DNA of 64,000 nucleotides from Gallionellaceae bacterium (GTDB taxonomy: Bacteria > Pseudomonadota > Gammaproteobacteria > Burkholderiales > Gallionellaceae), in the NCBI GenBank assembly GCA_019753125.1, contig JAIELH010000029.1, positions 2,428 to 66,427 of the forward strand, written 5' to 3'. Under the pieces are notes generated by a model that saw only the letters and a list, made by a program, of their open reading frames with translations, did not search any database and was not told the DNA's origin. Both the position numbers and the translations under genes were made by a program. Below, piece by piece: positions 50,016-60,209 of the stretch; the stretch's first letter is position 1, and each line of letters opens with the position of its first letter.

Positions 50016-52322
50016 TCATTTCGTATGCCCCTCCGGACTCACTGCGTCCGCCTCGTCACGCCCTCCCGCATCGGACCTCCGTGCGTCCCGCTCCTGCTCT
50101 TTCCTGACTTGAGCGCGGCGCGCCAGGCCCGCAGCTCCGGCCACTGCCGCCGCCTTTGCCTGGCCGCTGGCCCCGCTCTCGATCCTGCTCATTGTGTTTT
50201 GCTCGCCGAGGTCGCCGATGCCTGCGCCGATCCAGCGCAAGATGCGATCAGGCAGGGTTTGCGGCAGCGAGAAGACCAGCATGAATACTCCGAGGATGAT
50301 CACCCCATAGATGAGCATGAAACCGCCGACGGACAGCAGCCCTGTAACGGAGTCGGCCTGGATGATGCGGAAGGCTGTCATAAAGCTGGCATTTACAAAA
50401 CGCACTGCCGGAATCAGGATCGCCATGCTTGCGACCAGGCCCAGCACCATTAATGCGGGCCGGGCGAAGAGCGACATGAGCAGCAGATAGCCTTGCTTCT
50501 GGGAACCGATAAAGGAGTCTTCTCCCTCAGGAGTTAAATGCATCACAACCCACAGTGAACCTGCCGCCAAGGCCTCTACCACTTGGACCATCCACCCAAT
50601 CACGCCCAAAGCAAACACATAGAACGGGATCATGGGAATCCACATGCCCAAGAAATATCCGCCATACAAAATTGCCAACACGCCCGGCTCCACTACCGAC
50701 CACAATTCCTGAATCATCGTCAGCACGAACTTAAGCACCCCAGGACCAACCGACAGCAGACCAGCCAGGTTCGTACCCAATACGGATTGGCCTGCCGCCG
50801 CCTTGGAACCTTCGAACAGGCCATCCACGGTTGCTGTGAGGGTCGCTTTGGTCAGAAGCACGATTTCGCCAAAGGCGGCCATCCAGTCACCAAGGTTTTT
50901 CACCTGCATCACTGGATCGGTGCCGTCTTCGCCAAGATAGAAGACCATGCCCGACATGGCCGAGTTGGCAAGACCGTTAAACCAAGCCTCGACTTGGGTT
51001 TTAACGGTAGTGCCCCCGTCCGCGAAGTCCTCAGGGCCGAGGCCCGTCCGAAGGTGCGGCATATCCGTTGGTTTGCGTGTCTGGACATCGGGGCCTTGGT
51101 CAAGCTTGAGGAGGACCAATCCGGCCAGCGCGGTGTATCTCGTCATGACGAGCTGCACCGCGCTGGACACCTGGCCGCCACCGCCTAGGATGTGGTCGAC
51201 CGTATAGGTGCCAGGAACATATTGATGCCGGGTCGTCATGGCCTTCTGGATGCCGTCTTTGACCGCCACCAGCTCGCGGTGCAGCGCTCCCGCCATGACC
51301 CACCCGCCCTCTTTGAGCTTGGCCTTGACGCCGCTGTTGGCTGAGCCCACCCGCTTGGATACCTCGTCGCGAATATCCTTCAGCATCGCCTCGCGCGCAT
51401 CATCGATAACGACCTGAATCTGGCTGGCGGAGAACTTTTCGCCGGTCGCGTCGGCAACACGGACCAGCTCTATGACCTGAGGGGCCATCTTGGCGAATAC
51501 ATCCATTGCGGCCTTGTACCGAATGTTCCCGATGCTCCCCTGGACGTTGGCAATCTCGTCCTGAAGTGTTGAGGTAGCCTGGTTCACCGATGCCCGATTG
51601 GTGTCCGGCTTGGTAAAGGTGGTGGTCAAAATAACCGTGCCGCATATTTCCTCGCTGCCGGGCCACTTGGGGTCACGGAAATCCAAAAAGGTCTTGTAAG
51701 TCGCCGTAGTCGAACCGGTATTGATCCGCTGATGCCAGGAGTGAAGCTGAAGATTTACCGTACCTGCCCCCATCGTCTGGTTGATACCTTGAGTGACACC
51801 GTAGGCACAGACCTGAGACTGGAAGGCGTTGAGCGCGATGCGGTCAAACTGTTTGTCGTCCACGACGGACCGCATCACCTGCTCAACCGTGGTGGTGTCA
51901 ACGACGTAATCGACCACACGTCCCCACATGTTCGACGCGAACCCAACGGACCAGGTCACGATCAGCAGGATCGCGAGTTGAATCATCGAGTAGCCGCTGG
52001 TGCTGGGGATCAGGAACGCTGAGGCGGTGAACGTGCGCAAGGGGGTGTAGAACGTGGACCATTTCTTGCCGAGCACTTGGCCGTCATTGGCCGTATTGGT
52101 CAAGCCGAAGACGGTTACCCAGGCCAGAATGATGGAGCCGAAGAACAGGACACCACCGTTGAAGAATCCGAACGCAGCACCCAGCATGTTGGCCGTTGCG
52201 TTTTCGGCCCCTGCCGTGCTTCCGCCGACGATGTGCGTGATTGCTGTCCCGAAGATTTCCCGCAGCATTTCAATGGCTGCATCTCCGCTATCGGGGGTAA
52301 ATGGGGCTGCGTTGGGATTCAT
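50016..52322 (-). CDS. traY: DotA/TraY family type IVB secretion membrane protein
   Basis: D....L..IFG, TANDGQVLGKKWS.FY.PLR, GGWVMAG, DP...K..GD, IPMIPF, E.L.A..LW, GYLLL..LF.RP.LM..G, LPD.ILRWIG. Confidence 0.88.
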   Translation of the reverse strand: MNPNAAPFTPDSGDAAIEMLREIFGTAITHIVGGSTAGAENATANMLGAAFGFFNGGVLFFGSIILAWVTVFGLTNTANDGQVLGKKWSTFYTPLRTFTASAFLIPSTSGYSMIQLAILLIVTWSVGFASNMWGRVVDYVVDTTTVEQVMRSVVDDKQFDRIALNAFQSQVCAYGVTQGINQTMGAGTVNLQLHSWHQRINTGSTTATYKTFLDFRDPKWPGSEEICGTVILTTTFTKPDTNRASVNQATSTLQDEIANVQGSIGNIRYKAAMDVFAKMAPQVIELVRVADATGEKFSASQIQVVIDDAREAMLKDIRDEVSKRVGSANSGVKAKLKEGGWVMAGALHRELVAVKDGIQKAMTTRHQYVPGTYTVDHILGGGGQVSSAVQLVMTRYTALAGLVLLKLDQGPDVQTRKPTDMPHLRTGLGPEDFADGGTTVKTQVEAWFNGLANSAMSGMVFYLGEDGTDPVMQVKNLGDWMAAFGEIVLLTKATLTATVDGLFEGSKAAAGQSVLGTNLAGLLSVGPGVLKFVLTMIQELWSVVEPGVLAILYGGYFLGMWIPMIPFYVFALGVIGWMVQVVEALAAGSLWVVMHLTPEGEDSFIGSQKQGYLLLMSLFARPALMVLGLVASMAILIPAVRFVNASFMTAFRIIQADSVTGLLSVGGFMLIYGVIILGVFMLVFSLPQTLPDRILRWIGAGIGDLGEQNTMSRIESGASGQAKAAAVAGAAGLARRAQVRKEQERDARRSDAGGRDEADAVSPEGHTK

Positions 52323-52335
52323 GTCTATCCTCCGG

Positions 52336-52689
52336 TTAATTACAGGGCGTCATTCCGTGGGCAAGCATGGCTGCCTTGGCCTGTGCACGCGCCATTTCCA
52401 CTTGCTGAGGGGGCGGGGGCGGCAAGCCTGATACAGCGCGCATAGCGTCATCGCAAGCTTGGGCGGCCTGATGGCCTGCTTGGCAGACAAGGTGGGGAGC
52501 GGTGGTAGCATCACCAGCCTCAACGGCCTGCCGGATGCGCGGCATCCAAGCCTGCCAAACGGCGTTACTCGCTGTTTGACAAACCGAGAGGGTTGCGAAG
52601 CGCTCCATTGCATCCCCTGCTATGGCTGGCGGGGAAAGCGAGATCGAAAGGAGCGCGGCCAGAACTGTCCTAGTTGGAAATTCCGTCAT
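52336..52689 (-). CDS. Small exported hypothetical protein
   Basis: GGAGGG RBS; signal peptide ending PAIA; four Cys; immediately upstream of traY. Confidence 0.6.
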   Translation of the reverse strand: MTEFPTRTVLAALLSISLSPPAIAGDAMERFATLSVCQTASNAVWQAWMPRIRQAVEAGDATTAPHLVCQAGHQAAQACDDAMRAVSGLPPPPPQQVEMARAQAKAAMLAHGMTPCN

Positions 52690-52705
52690 GATTTTCCCTC
52701 CGCTG

Positions 52706-53275
52706 TCAGTATTCCAGCCCAGTTTCATCCGATGCGGGTTTTGGTTTCAGGCCTGGCTCCGTGGTCAAGTCGCCATCACCTCCGCCTGCGCCACCCGAGC
52801 TACCACCCCCACCCCCATCGCGCCCTTCCACCTCATCCCGCAGGGCATCACGTAGCCATTCAACTGCCCAAGCCTGCCAATCATCCCGGCAGGCCAGTGC
52901 TTGTTCTGGCGTCAGATTCGCCCAGTTCATATCGAACGCGAGTTGATATTCCGCCTTATAGATGGCGCTCGTACGCGCGAGATCGGCGTAATGCTCGATC
53001 AGGAACATGGTCAGAAAGGACAGCAGCACATCCCAGTCCTGCTGACGCTGACGCATCCGCTCACGGAGTTCCCGCAGGTCCTGGCGGTAGGTTGCCCAAG
53101 CCCGGATCATCTGCTCCTCGGGCAGGCGGCGCGGACGCTTACCCTCCCAGAATCTTTCGGTGCGGAGCTCGCGCAGCAACTCCTTCAGGGCAGGTAAAGT
53201 TTTCTCGGCCCCGTTGGAGCTCAGATGAGACTCCAGCAAGATGTTGTACAGCTTGTCTTCGAGTTCGGTAGTCAT
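52706..53275 (-). CDS. Hypothetical helical protein with Gly-rich tail, downstream of relaxase
   Basis: AAGGA RBS, operonic spacing, GGGGGSSGGAGGG linker. Confidence 0.6.
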   Translation of the reverse strand: MTTELEDKLYNILLESHLSSNGAEKTLPALKELLRELRTERFWEGKRPRRLPEEQMIRAWATYRQDLRELRERMRQRQQDWDVLLSFLTMFLIEHYADLARTSAIYKAEYQLAFDMNWANLTPEQALACRDDWQAWAVEWLRDALRDEVEGRDGGGGGSSGGAGGGDGDLTTEPGLKPKPASDETGLEY

Positions 53276-53289
53276 GGTGGCAATCCTTA

Positions 53290-54879
53290 TCAACGTGGTT
53301 TAAGGGTGTTCTCCCGGTCAGGGAGCGGGGTTATCTCGCCGTTGCGCTGGACAGCGACTTGCTGCCCTGGACGCACTGGCCGGGATGGGGTTACTGGCAT
53401 AACAACGCCAGGTCGATCATGCGGCTCGATCCACGCATGTTTGCCGACGTGCCGGACCGTGCCGTTTGTGAAGCTTTGGGTATCCCGCTCGATGCGGAAT
53501 CCCAGCAGAGGTTCTGGAACGCCTTCAGCTCGTTGCTGCTGGATCAATTCCCAGCGGCGAGCGTCAGGATGATTCTCGAAGCGCTGGCGCAGGCTCTCGG
53601 GATCGTTCTTGAGCTTGGCCGCCTCAATGGCATCGACCGGCGCAGCGGTCGCAAGCCATTGCCGGGCCAGCTCGTCACGCGCGGGGTCATTGGTTTGTTT
53701 GTTCATCAAGTTTCTCTCCTCTTCAACAATGCTCGCCAGCTCGGGGTTGGCGATGCGAACGCCTGCGCGTAGCGCTTCGCGAACCGCAAGCCGCTTGAAC
53801 TCATCCGAACCGGTCAGTACCAGACTCGCCCAACCCTTGGCCTTTGCAAGCTCGATCAGGGCGCGCGCCTTGGGGTGGGAAGCCTTCCCGACCAGGCTCA
53901 ATTGATCGCCACGATCCACAATGGCGGGGAGGCCTGCCGCTGCGCCATGAGCCCAGCGGTAGAGCGTGCGCCCGCGCCTAGTCTCAGCTTTCATGGCGGC
54001 AACAGGAGACCGGGACAGCCTGCCAACTTGGCCGGATTCGTTCCGGCAGGAGTTGGCGTTACGGCCTGCGCGTTCACGGCGGGCAGTTCGAATCTCTTGC
54101 TTCACGCTTTCAATATCCTCGCGAAGAACACGAACTCTGCGCCGCTGCTGACGGATGGTTTTGACCTTTGCGTTATTCTGGTCGCGCCAACGATCTCCCT
54201 TGCGTTTTTCTGGACCAATCTTGGGCTCGGGTTCGCCCAATCCTTTCGCCGCATTTGAACGGAGGTCTAAGCGTGGCTGGTGTCCGTGCTCAACCAGAAA
54301 CTGGTTAGCGTAGACCTCCCATCTTTCTCGCAGCTCCTCGACGATATGCTTGTCGTTCCATTTCCGATCTTTACCCCCTCCGCCTTTGGTGGAGTCGGGT
54401 TCGCACAGTTCGCCTGTCTTTTTGTTTCGATAACGGCTGGGCGGACGCTTGAAGAACTGCTCGCTCGGCCTGTCGACACCATCCATGAGGCGGTCGCTAA
54501 ACATAGAGTGGCAATGGATATTGGGAAGACCATCCGCCGCAGTCTTGATATGAATTGAAGACAGATATGGATGCTTATCACCGATTTCCTGAGCAAGCCA
54601 ACCGTCTACAAGTTCTTTCGCTTCTTCGAAAGTAAGCTCTCGCGGGATCGCGCACTCGAACTCGTAGTAAGTTCGACCGTTTGAACGCTCATGGGTGTCA
54701 GCAGCTTCCCAAAATGCAAGGGGATCAGTCGTTGCCCATGTCGGCATGTTCCCCATGCAGATATGGGCAACGTCCTCACGCGAGGAATACTTCTCGACGC
54801 CGATCACGTAAGCGGCATGCTTACGTGCTCTGCCGACCCCGCCACGCTTCAATTTGAAATGTGAGCTATTCCCGCTCAT
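53290..54879 (-). CDS. mobA: MobA/MobL (MOBQ) relaxase with LPD7-like C-terminal domain
   Basis: HAAY, GNMPTWA, FWEAAD..ER.NGR, EFECAIPREL, IH..PNIHCH..FSDR..DG; DRG..LA.AKGW..L.LTGS.EF. Confidence 0.92.
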   Translation of the reverse strand: MSGNSSHFKLKRGGVGRARKHAAYVIGVEKYSSREDVAHICMGNMPTWATTDPLAFWEAADTHERSNGRTYYEFECAIPRELTFEEAKELVDGWLAQEIGDKHPYLSSIHIKTAADGLPNIHCHSMFSDRLMDGVDRPSEQFFKRPPSRYRNKKTGELCEPDSTKGGGGKDRKWNDKHIVEELRERWEVYANQFLVEHGHQPRLDLRSNAAKGLGEPEPKIGPEKRKGDRWRDQNNAKVKTIRQQRRRVRVLREDIESVKQEIRTARRERAGRNANSCRNESGQVGRLSRSPVAAMKAETRRGRTLYRWAHGAAAGLPAIVDRGDQLSLVGKASHPKARALIELAKAKGWASLVLTGSDEFKRLAVREALRAGVRIANPELASIVEEERNLMNKQTNDPARDELARQWLATAAPVDAIEAAKLKNDPESLRQRFENHPDARRWELIQQQRAEGVPEPLLGFRIERDTQSFTNGTVRHVGKHAWIEPHDRPGVVMPVTPSRPVRPGQQVAVQRNGEITPLPDRENTLKPR

Positions 54880-55222
54880 ACCCTGTCCCGTCGTTCATGG
54901 GGTGTCGGGGGCTAGCCCCTGACCGCGTGTCGTTTCCAGAATGGAAACGAGGAATCGCGCCTGCTTTGAAAAAGCAGGGAAACACCACTTGATTCCGCAG
55001 GGTGTAGGCCGCATTCGGAGTCAATGAATTTTCGAGATACTGGCCGATCAAAATGATGGTGCGCAGTTTTTTCTCTGTCGCCGCTTTCATTGCTGCTGCC
55101 TTTTCCCGCTGTTTACTTTGCGCCTGTGCCGTCCACGCCTCTTGTTCTGCCTCGATTTGCTTAAGAGCTGCATCCAGTTCTGCCTGAGAAATTTCGCCTT
55201 GCGATAACTGAGCCATCACCAC
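54866..55222 (-). CDS. MobC/TraD-like accessory protein (3' end runs across oriT)
   Basis: GGAGG RBS; coiled coil then R.I.L.IG motif similar to neighbouring TraD. Confidence 0.55.
   Translation of the reverse strand: MVMAQLSQGEISQAELDAALKQIEAEQEAWTAQAQSKQREKAAAMKAATEKKLRTIILIGQYLENSLTPNAAYTLRNQVVFPCFFKAGAIPRFHSGNDTRSGASPRHPMNDGTGYERE
54899..54963 (+). promoter_or_regulatory. Putative oriT (MOBQ type)
   Basis: IR tcgtttcca-gaa-tggaaacga followed by GGAATCGCGCCTG, resembling MOBQ TAAGTGCG/CCCT; adjacent gtcggggg-cta-gcccctgac hairpin just upstream of mobA. Confidence 0.6.
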
Positions 55223-55236
55223 CTCCGTAATGTTGA

Positions 55237-55572
55237 TTACTGCAAATAGTTGTCGTCTTGCTTGTTGCTCTTTCGTTGTTGCTCTTTTTCCGCCAGCAGG
55301 GCATCGCCAGCACGCTTGAATTCTGAAAATTGATCTGCGTCGGCCATGAGTCGCTGAAGAGCTAAGAAGCCCCCAAGCAACGCGCCTTTATCGCAGTCGA
55401 ACAGGCCGGCCAGTTTGGTCAAACCTCCGAGCTCAAACTTCCGTTGGTTCTCTGCTTTGCGGACTCGCTGCCGCTCCGCTTGGCGTACCGCCCGCTCTTG
55501 CGTTTTTTGTTCTGCTTCCAAGGCTTGGAGTTTGGTTTTGAGAGCGGAGATTTTTTCGTCGATTTTTGTCAT
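55237..55572 (-). CDS. Conjugal transfer protein TraD family (MOBQ accessory)
   Basis: RK....RKFELGGL..LAGL...DK.ALLG..L..FK..G. Confidence 0.85.
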   Translation of the reverse strand: MTKIDEKISALKTKLQALEAEQKTQERAVRQAERQRVRKAENQRKFELGGLTKLAGLFDCDKGALLGGFLALQRLMADADQFSEFKRAGDALLAEKEQQRKSNKQDDNYLQ

Positions 55573-56408
55573 GTGGCGCTCCGGTGGTCGGATTTGTTCT
55601 TAATGCGTACCCGCAGTAAGAGCTCCTCGCCCTTGGCTTGCCAGGCGGGGTCAATAGAGTCTGCGTCGCGCTTGCGCATCGTGGCGTCCTCTTGCTCACG
55701 GCACTGGGTTGCTTGGCGGTCGCGTTGGAGCTGCTCGATTTGCTGCTGGATCAGGCCAGGAACAGGCTGCTTGCTTACGGCACGAAGTGCCGCAACAGCG
55801 GCGGCAATATCATCGGGGGCATGTTGTTGCTCAAGGGCCTCGGCTGCTTGCACATCAGCGGGCAGCCAGGTAACGATGCCACTCTGGCGGCGATTGAATA
55901 TTTTTAGTGCAGGCGCAGCAGCAGAATCAGTGCCACGCGCATGCGCGCGTGGTGCTGCTGCTTCTTCTTGCAGAACCTTAGAACCTTGCAGAACCTTAGA
56001 GGCAGAATTCCCGATGATGGGATTAACCGAAGATCGGGAAATCCGTTCTTCGGTGTAATCACTTGAATTTTCTTGGCTCAGCGGATGCTCAATGGCCCAT
56101 CTATCAGCCGAAACAAGCACCCAGCGTTTCCCGGCAACTTTGCCGCCCTCGACGCGGATGGGCTCTATCCGAAGGGCACCAACCGCCTCCAACTCGTGGA
56201 GGCGTGAACGCAGGGCGTCACGCCCCTCAGGGGCCATGCTGATCAAATGGACCAGGCGAATAATCCATCCGCGCGGAAGGTCCCACAGGAAGGCAAATAG
56301 ACCCCGAGCGCCAAAGCTCAAACGTGAATCGCGCAGCAAAGCACGTGGCAATGGCTTTGCAAAATCAACCTCGCCCTCGCGCTCGATCTCGATTTTGCCG
56401 CCGGTCAT
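55569..56408 (-). CDS. Phage-type replication initiator (N-terminal winged HTH)
   Basis: D.RLSF.ARGL...L..LP.GW motif; internal DNA repeats in the linker region. Confidence 0.7.
   Translation of the reverse strand: MTGGKIEIEREGEVDFAKPLPRALLRDSRLSFGARGLFAFLWDLPRGWIIRLVHLISMAPEGRDALRSRLHELEAVGALRIEPIRVEGGKVAGKRWVLVSADRWAIEHPLSQENSSDYTEERISRSSVNPIIGNSASKVLQGSKVLQEEAAAPRAHARGTDSAAAPALKIFNRRQSGIVTWLPADVQAAEALEQQHAPDDIAAAVAALRAVSKQPVPGLIQQQIEQLQRDRQATQCREQEDATMRKRDADSIDPAWQAKGEELLLRVRIKNKSDHRSAT
55968..56053. repeat. Iteron-like repeats inside rep (candidate oriV)
   Basis: ttgcagaaccttaga twice (55968, 55986); three ccgNNNNt(c)gg units at 56011-56053. Confidence 0.5.
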
Positions 56409-56626
56409 TTTTTGTCCCCGGCGTTATCCCGATCAATCTCTGCGGCAATATCGCCTGCTCGGAAAAACACCGATTTACCTCGGTGAACCGGAGCTATAGA
56501 AAAGGTGCCCATCCACATCCGATTTCTTACGGTCTGCGGTGCGAGGCCAAGGATCGTTGCAGTTGTTTTGAGCGGGACGAGGATTGCGCCGCCAGACTGG
56601 CGCAGCACGAGGTCTAGAGTGTCCAT
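56405..56626 (-). CDS. Excisionase/AlpA-like HTH protein
   Basis: A.ILGLA.QTVRN..G.F..G..V.F...DIA; located next to attR. Confidence 0.75.
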   Translation of the reverse strand: MDTLDLVLRQSGGAILVPLKTTATILGLAPQTVRNRMWMGTFSIAPVHRGKSVFFRAGDIAAEIDRDNAGDKK

Positions 56627-57048
56627 GGAATTACCCTGTCTCTTGGCAGATATGCCAATGTTGGGCGAGACAGGTAATGAGGACTGGAACGATAAGATTG
56701 CTAGCAGGTAGCCTGGGGGCGGGGTCTCACATTCTGCCCAGTAGCATTACCAGCTTTTTTGTATTGCATCATGAAGCGCGGTTCGTTACTCCGCACAGCT
56801 TGTGGTCCTAGTCTCGCGCTATCGCCTGATCGCGCGCTCCGCTCGCTGGATTACCCACCTTATCCCGAATCGTGGGCTTCCACCCCACGACCACCCAGCG
56901 CCACTTGCTTGACGGGATAAGACTAGCTTGTAGCCATATCCACCGTCAACATATTCGTTATCCCTGTTTATCCCTACGTACCCAAGGAAATCACTAGAAA
57001 GACGAGATGTGGCATGTTGTATAATTAAACTCTGTTGTGGCGCATTGT

Positions 57049-57070
57049 GTGGGTAACAATGTGGGTAATG
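57049..57070. repeat. Putative integrase arm-binding sites (right)
   Basis: gtgggtaacaatgtgggtaatg matches gtgggtaataatgtgggtaatg at 45628 with one mismatch. Confidence 0.75.
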
Positions 57071-57144
57071 GCGATGGTAGCCCGCCAAAAGGCCTTTATT
57101 TTCGCGGGTGTTCTATAGTGCCCCGACCACCAGCATTATCAGAG

Positions 57145-57177
57145 CAAATGCCCGATCCGTTCGGGCATTTGTTTTTT
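57145..57177 (+). terminator. Intrinsic terminator, probably the displaced original tRNA terminator
   Basis: caaatgcccga-tccgt-tcgggcatttg then T run, just after attR. Confidence 0.8.
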
Positions 57178-57196
57178 CACGGTATCTTAAGCAACC

Positions 57197-58864
57197 ATGA
57201 TTGAACTAGTTGGCGACAATTCGATAAATGCTCCTGATACGGTGACAACCAATGCGACGATCGTGCACGAGAGCGGCATTGCGCGAGAAGTCAGGCGCCG
57301 CCGCACTTTTGCGATCATCTCGCACCCGGACGCGGGCAAGACCACGCTCACTGAAAAGCTGCTGCTGTTCGGCGGCGCAATCCAGATGGCGGGCACGGTC
57401 AAGGCGCGCAAGAGCGGCCGCCATGCGACTTCGGATTGGCTGGAAATCGAGAAACAGCGCGGCATCTCAGTAGCCAGCTCGGTGATGCAATTCACCTACG
57501 ACGATTGCGTGATCAATCTGCTCGATACACCCGGCCACCAGGATTTCTCCGAGGACACCTATCGCGTCTTGACTGCCGTGGATGCGGCGGTAATGGTGGT
57601 GGACGCGGCCAAGGGCGTCGAAGAGCAGACCATCAAGCTGCTTGAAGTATGCCGTTTGCGCAACACGCCGATCATCACCTTTATCAACAAGATGGATCGC
57701 GAAGTGCGTGAGCCGCTGGAAGTGCTGGACGAAATCGAATCGGTGCTGAAAATCAAATGCGCGCCGGTGACCTGGCCGATCGGCATGGGCAAACGCTTTC
57801 AGGGCGTATATCACCTGCTGAACGACGAGGTGTTGCGTTTCTTGCCGGGTGAAGCAAAAGCCGGGCAAGAAGTCGTCACGCTACAAGGTTCGCAGATCGG
57901 CCAGCTGGCGGCACAGTGCCCGAGCGAGATGCAGACAATGCGCGACGAAACCGAATTGGTCACCGGCGCAGGCGCATCGTTCGATTTGCAGGAGTTTCTC
58001 AAAGGACAACAATCGCCGGTATTTTTCGGCTCCGGCGTCAATAACTTCGGCGTGCGCGAAGTGCTGCGCGCGCTGGTGGACTGGGCGCCGCCGCCGTTGC
58101 CGCGTGCCACCGATGTGCGCATGGTGCAACCTACCGAGCCTGCCTTTACCGGCTTCGTATTCAAGATACAGGCCAACATGGACCCGAATCACCGCGATCG
58201 CATCGCCTTTTTGCGCGTGTGTTCCGGCCGCTACAGTTCCGGCATGAAGGTCAAGCATCGCCGTACCGGCAAGGAAATGAAGCTGGCGAATGCGGTAACG
58301 TTCATGGCGAATGAACGCACGCGCATGGATGAAGCTTATGCGGGCGACATCATCGGCATCCACAATCATGGCCAGTTGCAAATCGGCGATGTGCTCACCG
58401 AAAGCGAAGTGCTCACCTTCAAGGGCATTCCCTATTTCGCACCAGAGCTGTTCAGCCGCGCGCGCCTGCGCGACCCGATGAAAGCCAAGCAATTGCAAAA
58501 AGGCTTGCGCCAGCTCGGCGAAGAAGGCGCGGTGCAGGTATTCGAACCATTAGTGGACACCACGCCGCTGATCGGCGCGGTAGGGCAACTACAGTTCGAA
58601 GTGGTCGAGCATCGCCTGAAATCCGAATATGGCGTGGATGCGGTATTCGAACGCGCCGGCATCCATACCGCGCGCTGGGTAACCTGCCCCGACGCGAACC
58701 ACCTCAACGAGTTCGTCAAGGCCAATCAGGGGCGTCTGGCCAAGGACGTGGACGGCAACTACGCCTACCTTGCCGACACCGGCGTGAACCTGCGTCTGGC
58801 GCAGGAACGCTGGCCGAAAGTGCAGTTTCATGCCACACGCGAGCATGGACAACAACTTGGCTAA
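57197..58864 (+). CDS. prfC: Peptide chain release factor 3
   Basis: [43 protein letters not shown]; exact start uncertain. Confidence 0.97.
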   Translation: MIELVGDNSINAPDTVTTNATIVHESGIAREVRRRRTFAIISHPDAGKTTLTEKLLLFGGAIQMAGTVKARKSGRHATSDWLEIEKQRGISVASSVMQFTYDDCVINLLDTPGHQDFSEDTYRVLTAVDAAVMVVDAAKGVEEQTIKLLEVCRLRNTPIITFINKMDREVREPLEVLDEIESVLKIKCAPVTWPIGMGKRFQGVYHLLNDEVLRFLPGEAKAGQEVVTLQGSQIGQLAAQCPSEMQTMRDETELVTGAGASFDLQEFLKGQQSPVFFGSGVNNFGVREVLRALVDWAPPPLPRATDVRMVQPTEPAFTGFVFKIQANMDPNHRDRIAFLRVCSGRYSSGMKVKHRRTGKEMKLANAVTFMANERTRMDEAYAGDIIGIHNHGQLQIGDVLTESEVLTFKGIPYFAPELFSRARLRDPMKAKQLQKGLRQLGEEGAVQVFEPLVDTTPLIGAVGQLQFEVVEHRLKSEYGVDAVFERAGIHTARWVTCPDANHLNEFVKANQGRLAKDVDGNYAYLADTGVNLRLAQERWPKVQFHATREHGQQLG

Positions 58865-58949
58865 TTTCAGCTAATAGCCTGGAGCAGGAAATTTGTTGTG
58901 CGGGACAATGATTACTGCTATGGCTCGATAATGCTCAGTCAGGCGTCAG

Positions 58950-59035
58950 GCGACAGCTTCTGGATTACTGACGACGCGGGCTTTCCCAAGAAAGGCACTC
59001 ACTCGATAAGTGTGGCATGCCAATACTGCTGTGCG
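58950..59035 (+). mobile_element. IS701-family transposase fragment
   Basis: WITDDAGFPKKGTHSISVACQYC resembles the IS701 W..DDTGFPKKG.HSVGV.RQYC motif. Confidence 0.7.
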
Positions 59036-59071
59036 TTAGCCCGGCACCCAACAATCGCTGATCAGCCCGTT

Positions 59072-60160
59072 CTACTTGCCGGTTGCGCGGAAGCCACGGA
59101 TCACGCTGCTGACGGTGCTCAGGATGAACAATGCCAGCGCCACTGCATTCAATAATCCGCCAAGGTTGCGCAGCGCCGGCAGGGCCAGCCCGTCACCGGC
59201 GAGGCGCACCAGCAGCGATATATGCAACACCAGCAACGGCAGGTAGAAAGTCCGGTGATAAGGCATCCTGACTTTTACCACGGCAGGGAAGATTATCGGG
59301 GCGTGGCCGAAGACCATCGAAAACACGAAGCCGATCAGGATCGCGTGCAGCACCGCATCATAGGCGATCCCGGACAGCCCGCCGGCAAGCAGCATGATGC
59401 TGCCGATCGCGAGCCAGGCATAGCCGGAAAGCAGGCATACGGCGATGAAGCGGGTCAGCCCTTGTTCCTTCACCGTGCGCCGTACGATGTCCTGGCGCAG
59501 CAGCCACAGTGCCAATCCGAGCAGCGCGGCGCCGTATAACGCGGCGCCGGAACCGGTTGCGCTCAACAGCATGCTGCCTGCGACAAGCATGGTCAGAATA
59601 ACCGCAAAAATTTGTTTGGCGCGCGGCGAAGGCGGCAGGAAGCGCGATAGCTCGAGGCGCTCGCCGGCGATGGTCAGTACCAGAAAGTTGATCCACAGCG
59701 CCACCACTTCCGGCACCGGTGTGCCGGCCAGCCACAGCAGATTGCCAGCCAGCCAGCTCGCTGCGCCGAGCACCATCGTGATCATGAACAACTCGCGCTG
59801 GCGTAGCATGATCAGCGTGGTTCCGGCGAGCAGCATGGCGCTGCCGAGCGTCATTGCCGAAGCGCCTGCGGAAAGCGGGAGTCCGAGCAACAGCGCAACA
59901 CCACCCAGCCCGGTCAGCAGCGGGCCGGCATAGGCCCAGCGGTAGCCCAGCGCGACTGCACGCTCCAGGCCGATCACGGTGCCGAGAAAACCGCATATCA
60001 TCAGCGGCCCATGCAACAGAACCGCTTGCGCCGAAGGCAGCGGCACCACCCAGCCCAGACGCGTGAGGCCGGCCAATACGCCCGATATCAGCGAGGCAAA
60101 CCCCAGTATCAGCAGCGGCAGGCGAAACGGAACGCCCAGACCCGGTGGTTTCGCGCTCAT
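59072..60160 (-). CDS. Polytopic membrane protein (NnrS-like / DUF59-associated)
   Basis: HGPLMICGFLGTVIGLERAVA, TIAGERLEL, YDAVLH..GFVFSM.FGHAP. Confidence 0.75.
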   Translation of the reverse strand: MSAKPPGLGVPFRLPLLILGFASLISGVLAGLTRLGWVVPLPSAQAVLLHGPLMICGFLGTVIGLERAVALGYRWAYAGPLLTGLGGVALLLGLPLSAGASAMTLGSAMLLAGTTLIMLRQRELFMITMVLGAASWLAGNLLWLAGTPVPEVVALWINFLVLTIAGERLELSRFLPPSPRAKQIFAVILTMLVAGSMLLSATGSGAALYGAALLGLALWLLRQDIVRRTVKEQGLTRFIAVCLLSGYAWLAIGSIMLLAGGLSGIAYDAVLHAILIGFVFSMVFGHAPIIFPAVVKVRMPYHRTFYLPLLVLHISLLVRLAGDGLALPALRNLGGLLNAVALALFILSTVSSVIRGFRATGK

Positions 60161-60209
60161 TTGCGGCCCATATGGTGCGAACCGGTTGTTTGTGTGGGTG
60201 TAATTGCCA

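Noticed and set aside
49302-50112. Several 190-225 aa ORFs on both strands
   Set aside because: Arg/Ala/Pro-rich, mutually overlapping, no motifs; the region is explained by GC-rich hairpins.
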